Positions 19,282-26,655 of a DNA stretch of 64,000 bases are shown piece after piece. The stretch comes from Candidatus Acidiferrales bacterium (GTDB taxonomy: Bacteria; Acidobacteriota; Terriglobia; Acidiferrales; UBA7541), in the NCBI GenBank assembly GCA_963783955.1, contig CAWAPN010000010.1:13779-77778 (forward strand), read 5' to 3'. How positions within the stretch are numbered: the stretch's first letter is position 1; each line of letters starts with the position of its first letter. The position numbers were made by a program, and so were the translations under genes. The notes under the pieces were generated by a model, which saw only the letters and a list, made by a program, of their open reading frames with translations, was not told the DNA's origin and did no database searches.

Positions 19282-20223
19282 ATGGCGCAAACGAACTTGA
19301 CTCCGCGCATCGGCACGGTTCGCCGCTTCAATCGCTTTTACACCCGCGAGATTGGCGTATTGCAGGAGGCATGGCTTAACGGCCCTTTCTCGCTGACCGA
19401 AGCACGGATCCTCTATGAACTCGTGCATCGCGAGAAACCCACCGCGACGCTCGTCCGCTGCATCCTCGACCTCGATCCCGGATATCTCAGCCGCATTTTA
19501 AGCTCCTTCGAGCAGCGCGGACTCGTCAAAAGGACGCCTTCAAAAGACGACGGCCGCCAAAGCCTGCTGGCGATTACCGCTGAAGGCCGTCGACAGTTTT
19601 CCCCGCTCGACGCGCGCACCGATCAACAAGTCAGCGGAATGCTCGGCAAACTCTCCGACAACCAACAACGCCAACTGCTCGGCGCGATGCAAGCGATCGA
19701 GAAACTCCTGGCGCCGCCGGGAAGCCCGGAGACCGCGCGGAAGGCTCCCTATGTGCTCCGCCAGCATCAACCTGGCGACATGGGCTGGGTGGTGTACCGG
19801 CAGGGTCTGTTGTATGCGCAGGAATACGGCTACGATGAGCGCTTCGAGGCATTGGCGGCGGAAATTGTCGCGAAATTCGTCCAGAACTATGATGCAAAAC
19901 GAGAAAGGTGTTGGATTGCGGAAAAGGACGGCGAGATCGTTGGCTCGGTCTTTCTCATCAAAGACTCGAAAGCCGTAGCGAAGCTCCGCCTGCTGTACGT
20001 CGAGCCGTCCGCGCGAGGATTGGGGATTGGCTCGCGCCTGGTTGTCGAGTGCCTGCGACTTGCGCGGCAAGCCGGCTACAGAAAGATCGTATTGTGGACG
20101 CAGAGCGAACTCGGCGCGGCGCGGCACATTTACAAACAAGCAGGGTTCCGCGTCGTGGCGAAAAAACGGCATCACAGCTTCAGCAAGGACCTAGTCGCAG
20201 AAACCTGGGAACTTTCCCTGTAG
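19282..20223 (+). CDS. Bifunctional MarR-type HTH regulator / GNAT N-acetyltransferase fusion
   Basis: The N-terminal half, RRFNRFYTREIGVLQEAWLNGPFSLTEARILYEL...LSRILSSFEQRGLV, is a MarR winged helix. The C-terminal half, VGSVFLIKDS...LYVEPSARGLGIGSRLV...AGYRKIVLWT, is a GNAT acetyl-CoA motif. Start taken at MAQTNL (19282). Confidence 0.8.
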   Translation: MAQTNLTPRIGTVRRFNRFYTREIGVLQEAWLNGPFSLTEARILYELVHREKPTATLVRCILDLDPGYLSRILSSFEQRGLVKRTPSKDDGRQSLLAITAEGRRQFSPLDARTDQQVSGMLGKLSDNQQRQLLGAMQAIEKLLAPPGSPETARKAPYVLRQHQPGDMGWVVYRQGLLYAQEYGYDERFEALAAEIVAKFVQNYDAKRERCWIAEKDGEIVGSVFLIKDSKAVAKLRLLYVEPSARGLGIGSRLVVECLRLARQAGYRKIVLWTQSELGAARHIYKQAGFRVVAKKRHHSFSKDLVAETWELSL

Positions 20224-20690
20224 CGAGCCCCTTGCCCCGCACCGTGTCCCAGATTCCCTGTCTGGGAAGAAGCCAACGATGGCAAACTTGTCATGAAGGA
20301 AGAAGTCCAAGGACGCTGCATGGTGAAGATCACCTCGCCCGGGCTGGCCGTCCTCGACCATCCGACGACAGGCAGCTCGGAACGGCAGCCGCTGGCTCCC
20401 CTCGGCAACCGAGAGCATTCCGTCTCAGCACCTGTTCGAAAGGCCACAGTCGTACCTGAGACAAACTGTTTCAGCCTGAGACACTCGCTTCACTTCCGAT
20501 TCATAGGAAATTCCTAAGCCTCCTACTATCATTCACTTCTACGCTGGTCTTCCTCCTCCCTCCTTTGGCTTCCCGCGTGCAATTCCCTTCTCGGGACACT
20601 GTGCTCCCGGCTCATCCCGTGTGTATCTTCACCCGATGCAACCGGGGCTCGCGCCTGGCAGAGTTCCGCTGGCTATGGGGCTACTCGCGA

Positions 20691-21023
20691 ATGACATGGA
20701 TTGCCGATGAACGGGATTGCGCAGGACAACTCGCGCGGTTTTTTCCAAAGCTTCCCGAGGTGCGCATTCCGGTTCGCGTCACCCCGCAACGACCCGGCCA
20801 GATCAGATTGCAGGAAGCCACCGTGGTCGAGTTCGGCACCGTCGACTTCGCCATCTTCCTGTCGAAATTGGCCCTCGAGTTCGACGATCGCGTGCGCATC
20901 GTTCGCGAGGGAGGAGGACGTCCTGCTGAGGCAGCCGTAGTCGCATTGCAGTATCACGACGACCGCAAAGCCGTGGCCGTGCGATTTCTCGACAGCCCTT
21001 GTGAATGGATGATTGCCCGGTGA
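20691..21023 (+). CDS. Small hypothetical protein (possible degenerate PilZ-like beta-barrel)
   Basis: About 110 aa from MTWIADERD. RFFPKLPEVRIPVRV...VVEFGTVDFAIF weakly resembles PilZ RxxxR / DxSxxG spacing, but the motifs are not canonical. The stop lies 5 nt before the next gene. Confidence 0.3.
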   Translation: MTWIADERDCAGQLARFFPKLPEVRIPVRVTPQRPGQIRLQEATVVEFGTVDFAIFLSKLALEFDDRVRIVREGGGRPAEAAVVALQYHDDRKAVAVRFLDSPCEWMIAR

Positions 21024-21027
21024 ACCT

Positions 21028-22482
21028 ATGTTTACAACACTGAATTTGTCCGCTCCCCCGAAACGAGACAGCTCGCGCGAAGCGCAATGGGAAGAAGCTC
21101 GCTCGGTCTTTCCCATTTATCTCGCGCTCGCCAAGCACCTGCAAATTGAAATTCCGTTTCCGCAGAACAAGCGCGTGTTGCAAGAGAAGCCCGAGGAGGA
21201 ATTCTCCAAGCAGGTGCAAACCTGGTTGGATTCCATGGATATGCAGGTCCAGGCGCATCAGTTGCGCCAGCTCTTGCAGACCACCACGCTCAACGCCAGC
21301 GAAAGCGGTTTGCGTGCTCTGATCATGCGGCACCTTCGCAAGACATCAAAGACCATTCCAGACCGCGACAAGATCGATTTTCTGCTGGTCCAGTATTTTG
21401 CTTTGTGCGCCCCCGCCAAGATCTACCACAAACAGATCGAGCTGGTCGACGTAGCGCAAGTCATGAAACCCGTCCTCGGCGACGTGGACTGTACTCCCAT
21501 GGGCTGGTGCGATCCTCTCGAAAAGATGATCGTCGCGCTGCGCGGATTCAAGAGTCTCCGTGACATTCTGAAAACCAATTTCATCGAGCAAGGCCGTCGC
21601 GTCAAAGAAAGCGCCGGAGGCATGTTTTACGATCCCTCCGCCATGATTGCCTTTGTCCGTTTCAATTTTCTCCTTCGTCGGACGCTCATCGAATTGATGC
21701 ACGCGGACCTGATCTACATCCGCTCCGGAATCAATCACCTTGAAACCAACGGCGCGAAAACCGTCAATTGCCAGACGTACGGCTTAACCTCCACCGAGCC
21801 GGTCAATAAGGTCCGGCAGCTCGCCGATGAGTGGAAACAGCCCTTTCAGAAGGAGTACAACGAACGCTCGGTGAATCAGGCCTTTGAGAAGCTCCTGGCG
21901 CTGCGCTCTGACGTCGAAAATACCATCGAAAAAGTTCTCGGCAAGCCCATGGGCAGCGGCCTCACCGTCAGCGCCTTGGAATCGCCATCCTCGTCCGACG
22001 CTTCGCATTCGGCGGTCTCTGCGTCCAAGAATGAAAAATCCCCGGCTTCTGGCGCCGGAAAAGCGGCGGACAGCGATCCCACCCTCGATTTCGAAAGTTG
22101 CATGGAGAAAGTTTGGGAGCAATTGATCTCCGCGCCTCCGTCCCGGGGCCGCTCGATGACCACGGTGCGAATCGGCGCGGCCCGCTTGCTGATGTCCTCC
22201 TGGGAAGTCACCGCTTTCGTCAGCGAAGACAGCCCCGCCGCCGAGGATTTGCGCCGTGCCGTGGTCGCGAGAGCTCTCGTAACCGCTGCAATCGAACAAG
22301 CGAAGCAAGCGGGCAACACCTCGTCTCTCGATGGTGTTCTGCCAATCGCGCGCGTCGAAGTTTCTCGTTTGCAGGAGCGCGTCGAAGTGGCCAAGCAAGC
22401 CAAGGACACCGAAGCTGCCGTGAATCTGGGCATCAGTACGAAGCGCCTGCTTTCTGCGCTCGATGAAGCCGAAAAGCTTTAA
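21028..22482 (+). CDS. Hypothetical protein, no recognisable domain, first large gene of the chemosensory locus
   Basis: 484-aa ORF from MFTTLNLS. Coding-like composition, a Ser/Ala-rich central linker and a helical C-terminus. No motif I can assign. Confidence 0.6.
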   Translation: MFTTLNLSAPPKRDSSREAQWEEARSVFPIYLALAKHLQIEIPFPQNKRVLQEKPEEEFSKQVQTWLDSMDMQVQAHQLRQLLQTTTLNASESGLRALIMRHLRKTSKTIPDRDKIDFLLVQYFALCAPAKIYHKQIELVDVAQVMKPVLGDVDCTPMGWCDPLEKMIVALRGFKSLRDILKTNFIEQGRRVKESAGGMFYDPSAMIAFVRFNFLLRRTLIELMHADLIYIRSGINHLETNGAKTVNCQTYGLTSTEPVNKVRQLADEWKQPFQKEYNERSVNQAFEKLLALRSDVENTIEKVLGKPMGSGLTVSALESPSSSDASHSAVSASKNEKSPASGAGKAADSDPTLDFESCMEKVWEQLISAPPSRGRSMTTVRIGAARLLMSSWEVTAFVSEDSPAAEDLRRAVVARALVTAAIEQAKQAGNTSSLDGVLPIARVEVSRLQERVEVAKQAKDTEAAVNLGISTKRLLSALDEAEKL

Positions 22483-22535
22483 TTCCCTGCTGTGGCATCG
22501 AGCAGGCCGGAAAAACAGTCAGGGAGCGGACTTCT

Positions 22536-23219
22536 TTGCCAACGACCAGCGCATTAATCCTCACCGATGACGCGGAATTCGCTCGCCTGCTTTCGGCTTG
22601 TTGGCAGACGGAGCGCCAACTCCCCGGACTTTCCGTGGTCACCAGCGATCTGTGGAACCATGGTGAGCCCGTCGTCCGCGACCTGATTGTCATTGGCCCG
22701 CTCAAAGAGCAGCACCCCGCCGACCTTCTGTCTTCCATGGCTCCCAACACGGCCATCATTTTGTGCGCTCCTTCCGATCTCAAGGAATTGGGCAAGCTGC
22801 GCAAGCGCTATCCCCGTCTGCTGTACGTTCCGGTTCGCGAGGATTGGGCGCAGGTCGTGCTCCTCGTCGCCGGCGAATCCTTACGCCGCACCGAAGCGCT
22901 TCGCCTGGCCAGACAGGCAGAGCAGCGCGCCGCGCAAAACGCCAATGACGCCGTGCTCGGCCGCTACATGACCGACATGAAGCACAACCTCAACAACGCC
23001 ATGACGTCCCTGCTCGGCAATGCCGAGCTTCTTCTTCTCGAACCCGGCGAGCTTTCCGCGCAGTCTCTCGCGCAGATCAAGACCATTCACACCATGGCCT
23101 TGCGCATAAACGAAGTCATGCAGCGATTCTCATCACTAGCTTCGGAAATGCGGGAGGTTGAGACAGCTTCTCAAACTGAGACAGAGGATCATGCCACGGC
23201 CCTTTTCCCTCGTCGTTAA
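22536..23219 (+). CDS. Receiver-like domain fused to a HisKA-type dimerisation/phosphoacceptor domain, no ATPase domain
   Basis: TTG start. The N-terminus ALILTDDAEF...DLIVIGPL has a receiver-like fold, but the phospho-Asp position is Gly. The C-terminus RYMTDMKHNLNNAMTSLLGNAELLLLEP...IHTMALRINEVMQRF is an H-box. The ORF ends about 40 aa later with no N/G1/G2 boxes. Confidence 0.6.
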   Translation: MPTTSALILTDDAEFARLLSACWQTERQLPGLSVVTSDLWNHGEPVVRDLIVIGPLKEQHPADLLSSMAPNTAIILCAPSDLKELGKLRKRYPRLLYVPVREDWAQVVLLVAGESLRRTEALRLARQAEQRAAQNANDAVLGRYMTDMKHNLNNAMTSLLGNAELLLLEPGELSAQSLAQIKTIHTMALRINEVMQRFSSLASEMREVETASQTETEDHATALFPRR

Positions 23220-23340
23220 GACCCTCCCTCAGGTCGTCTATCTCACTTATTTAAAACTACTTAAGAATCTTGACGCGGTCCGTGACGAAATCGCCAAGCT
23301 GGCCGCTGACGTGCAATTTTCTATCGTGGAGAACCACGCG

Positions 23341-23715
23341 GTGTCTACACTCGTGCAAAAAAAAGTACTCATCGTCGATGACTCGCCGGCACAGGTCAAG
23401 CTGATCCAGGGCCTGCTCGAACCCGAAGGTTATTGGCCGGTCGGCTTGAGCGATCCGAAGCGCGTGGAAGAGGCTATCGCCGCGGAAAAGCCCAACGTCA
23501 TTCTTCTCGACGTGGTGATGCCCGAACGCAACGGCTTTCAGGTCTGCCGTGAGCTCAAGGGCAACATCAAGTACAACGCGATTCCCGTGATTCTCGTGAC
23601 CTCCAAGGACACCGCCAGCGATCGTTACTGGGGAGAACAGCAAGGCGCCGACGGTTACGTTACAAAACCTTTTACGCGCGACGAACTTTTGCGCGCGGTG
23701 CGTCGCTTCGCTTGA
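23341..23715 (+). CDS. CheY-like single-domain response regulator (PilG/PilH-like position)
   Basis: Canonical receiver: VLIVDDSP, ILLDVVMP, LVTSK, VTKPF. The start is uncertain, with in-frame GTG codons at 23311, 23326, 23341 and 23353. The track ORF start at 23158 overlaps the previous gene. Confidence 0.8.
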   Translation: MSTLVQKKVLIVDDSPAQVKLIQGLLEPEGYWPVGLSDPKRVEEAIAAEKPNVILLDVVMPERNGFQVCRELKGNIKYNAIPVILVTSKDTASDRYWGEQQGADGYVTKPFTRDELLRAVRRFA

Positions 23716-24266
23716 GGAACAAGGAATTTTCAGGAATGAACGAAGACTTTCAACTGACTCCGATTCCCGCCGACGCCGAACTCGGCGAAATGCTGGAAGC
23801 CTTGGCTCCCGTCGCCGAGCGTGCGCCCGAATCGCAATTCGTGGTCTTTCGCAGCGGCCGCGAACGCTTCTGCCTTCCTGTCCTCGATGTGGAAGAAGTC
23901 CTTGAGTGGCCGCTGCTCACCAAGGTGCCCCTCGCGCCCGGTTACATGCTCGGCATTTTCAATCTTCGCGGCTCCATCGTGCCGCTGATCGACATCGCTC
24001 TGACCGAAGGCCGACGCGCGGGCCTGCTTCCCAAGCACGTCGTCGTCGCTTCTGTTCGCGGCGACTCGCACCACGACGAGTTGCGCTTGGGGATCGCCGC
24101 CGATGAAGTGGTCGGCACCTATTCGGTGACCGATTCCGAGGATCTGTTGCGGGAAGCTCCGGAGAATGTGCCGCACTGCGTCGGAATGCTGCGGCACGAC
24201 GACCGCCTGGCGCTGGTCATCGATCTGCGCCGGCTCATGGAAGTGTATCCGGGACCGAGTATCTGA
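23712..24266 (+). CDS. cheW: CheW-like coupling protein
   Basis: [26 protein letters not shown]...[21 protein letters not shown]. The TTG start overlaps the upstream stop; an alternative ATG is at 23736. Confidence 0.85.
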   Translation: MRNKEFSGMNEDFQLTPIPADAELGEMLEALAPVAERAPESQFVVFRSGRERFCLPVLDVEEVLEWPLLTKVPLAPGYMLGIFNLRGSIVPLIDIALTEGRRAGLLPKHVVVASVRGDSHHDELRLGIAADEVVGTYSVTDSEDLLREAPENVPHCVGMLRHDDRLALVIDLRRLMEVYPGPSI

Positions 24267-24297
24267 AGATTTCAGGAATGCGTTTGGGGAGGAAGTA

Positions 24298-25722
24298 ATG
24301 AAATCGCGACTGAGTACCACAATCTGGACGCTGGTCATTCTCAACGGCGTCGCACTATTCACCGTCCTCGGCCTGGCTTACAGCGCCGGACATCAAGCGG
24401 CCAGCGCGAATGCCTCGGGAGGATTTGACGCCACCACGCTCATCATTCCAGGCGTCGTGGCCCTGGTGATGATCGTCATTCTCGCCTGGAAACTCGGCGG
24501 CATTCTTTCTCCGGTGAACGAGCTGGTCTCGTTCTCCGAGCGCATCGCCGCCGGCGACGGCAAGGCTCGCGCCGAAGTCACTTCGAGCGACGAGTTCGGC
24601 TACATCGCCGAACATCTCAATCGCGCCGTTGCCAAAGTCTCCAAAGCATCCTCGAACCAGGAAGCCAGCGAATCTTTACAGCGCAGCATCACCGACCTCC
24701 TCGCGGTCATCAACCAAGTCGCGCGAGGCGATTTGACCCTCCGCGGTAAAGTCACGAACGATGCTCTCGGCAACGTGGCGGACTCCATCAATTATATGCT
24801 CGACAACTTCACCAAGGTTCTCGAACGCGTTCGCAAGGCCGCCATGGAAGTCACCACCTGCTCCAACAACATTCTTGTCGCCGCCGATGAAATGCAGGCC
24901 GGCGCCACGCAGCAGGACCAGGAAATCACCAATACCTCCAGTGCCGTGGAAGAGCTCACCGTTTCGATGAAGCAGGTTTCGAATAACGCCGAAGCCAGCG
25001 CCGAAGCCGCTCGCCGCGCTCTCGACGCGGCCGAACAAGGCAACCGCGCCGTGCGTGACACCCTCGACGGCATGCAGCGCATTCGTTCCTCGGTACAGGC
25101 CACCGCGAAGAAGATCAAATCCCTCGGCGATCGCTCTCTCGAAATCTCCGAAATCATCAACGTGATTAACGACATCACCGAGCAGACCAACCTTCTCGCT
25201 CTCAACGCCGCCATCGAAGCCGCCCGCGCTGGTGAAGCTGGCCGTGGCTTCGCGGTTGTCGCAGACGAAGTCCGCAAGCTTGCAGAACACTCCCGTAGCG
25301 CGACGAAAGACATCGCCGCCCTTATCAAGGCCATCCAGGCGGAGACGAACGAAGCCGTCGTCGTCATGGAAGATGGCACCAAGGAAGTGGAATCCGGCGC
25401 CACCCTGGCCGATCAAGCGGGCCGCGCCTTGGACGCGATTTCCAGCGTGGTTCGCCAATCCGCCGAACTCGTCCAGGAAATTTCGCTCGCTTCGAAACAG
25501 CAGGTGCGCGGCACGGAAGGTGTCGCCCACGCCATGCAGATTATTTCCAACATTACCCGCCAAACTTCCCAGGGCACGCGTAGCACGGTGACCACGGTGA
25601 GCCAGCTCGTCAAGCTTTCTGATCAGCTCAACGAGGCCCTCGCCCAATTCCGAGCCAACGCCAAAGGTGCTTCGGCCGAGGACACGGACCATCGTTTGGC
25701 GCCGGTTGGCGCGATTCGCTAG
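24298..25722 (+). CDS. Methyl-accepting chemotaxis protein with two TM helices, about an 18-aa outer loop, HAMP and signalling domain
   Basis: ATG at 24298 preceded by GGGGAGGAAG. TM1 [23 protein letters not shown]2 [17 protein letters not shown]. Hairpin tip [36 protein letters not shown]. Confidence 0.9.
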   Translation: MKSRLSTTIWTLVILNGVALFTVLGLAYSAGHQAASANASGGFDATTLIIPGVVALVMIVILAWKLGGILSPVNELVSFSERIAAGDGKARAEVTSSDEFGYIAEHLNRAVAKVSKASSNQEASESLQRSITDLLAVINQVARGDLTLRGKVTNDALGNVADSINYMLDNFTKVLERVRKAAMEVTTCSNNILVAADEMQAGATQQDQEITNTSSAVEELTVSMKQVSNNAEASAEAARRALDAAEQGNRAVRDTLDGMQRIRSSVQATAKKIKSLGDRSLEISEIINVINDITEQTNLLALNAAIEAARAGEAGRGFAVVADEVRKLAEHSRSATKDIAALIKAIQAETNEAVVVMEDGTKEVESGATLADQAGRALDAISSVVRQSAELVQEISLASKQQVRGTEGVAHAMQIISNITRQTSQGTRSTVTTVSQLVKLSDQLNEALAQFRANAKGASAEDTDHRLAPVGAIR

Positions 25723-25764
25723 CGGTGAACTTCGGCCCCTTGTGCGTCACGGGGCGGTAACGGG

Positions 25765-26655
25765 ATGACCATGAGCGAGCGCCACGGCCCGGAAAACGGA
25801 TTGACGGAGCACGAATTGAGCGAGATCCGCATGTTGATCGAAGAGCGGACAGGGATTCATTTCGATGCCTCGCGCGAGAGGTTCTTCTCCACGCGGGTTC
25901 GCGAACATCTGCACGAACGCGGTTACTCGCGCGGAACGGAACTTTTGCGCGCGGCACGAAAGACCAACATCGAATATGAATCGCTGGTCGAGAAACTGCT
26001 GACCCAGGAAACCACATTTTTCCGCTATCCGGCTGTGTTCGAGGCATTCGAAAAACACGTGTTGCCCGAATTGCACGTAAAGAAGTTTTGGCGTAATCCT
26101 CGCACCTTGCGCGTGTGGAGCGCCGGCTGCTCCACCGGCGAAGAGCCTTATTCGATAGCGATCACCGTGCTCGACACGCTCTCCTTCGCGGACGCCTGGG
26201 AAGTCGAAATTCTGGCCACCGACATCGGCCGTCAAGCGTTGAAAACCGCCGAGCGCGGTGTTTACGCCGGCCGCAGCATCGCCAGCGTGAATGAAAAACA
26301 ACTGGCCGCTCATTTCTCTTCCACCAGCGCTGGGCACCAAATCAAAAACCGTACCCGCAAGATCGTCAGCTTTGCCCAGGTGAATCTGGCTTCACCCGTT
26401 TACGTCGGCCGCATGGACCTGATTTTCTGTATGAATGTTTTGATCTATTTTTCCGAAGAGCGCCGCCGCGCCTTGGTCCAGCGCTTCTATGAAGCGCTCG
26501 AACCGGGGGGGTATCTCTTTCTCGGCCACTCCGAATCCATTTCGAAAATGCCGGTTAAATTTCAGGCCATCGTTCTCGGGGATTGCATCATGTACCGCAA
26601 GCCCACCGCCGAACAATTGCAGAAGCCCGAACTCGTAACGGAGGGACGCGCGTGA
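25765..26655 (+). CDS. cheR: Chemotaxis protein methyltransferase CheR
   Basis: ETTFFRYP, the SAM-binding block RVWSAGCSTGEEPYSIAI, and DLIFCMNVLIYF. Confidence 0.9.
   Translation: MTMSERHGPENGLTEHELSEIRMLIEERTGIHFDASRERFFSTRVREHLHERGYSRGTELLRAARKTNIEYESLVEKLLTQETTFFRYPAVFEAFEKHVLPELHVKKFWRNPRTLRVWSAGCSTGEEPYSIAITVLDTLSFADAWEVEILATDIGRQALKTAERGVYAGRSIASVNEKQLAAHFSSTSAGHQIKNRTRKIVSFAQVNLASPVYVGRMDLIFCMNVLIYFSEERRRALVQRFYEALEPGGYLFLGHSESISKMPVKFQAIVLGDCIMYRKPTAEQLQKPELVTEGRA

Noticed and set aside
20293-20517. 74-aa ORF and short repeats (CCTGAGACA twice; AGGAAaTTCCT) in the 466-bp gap before the chemosensory locus
   Set aside because: The ORF lacks a Shine-Dalgarno and any motif. The repeats are short (9 nt and 5-bp arms) and could be promoter-region noise. 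They are noted only as places to look for the locus promoter.
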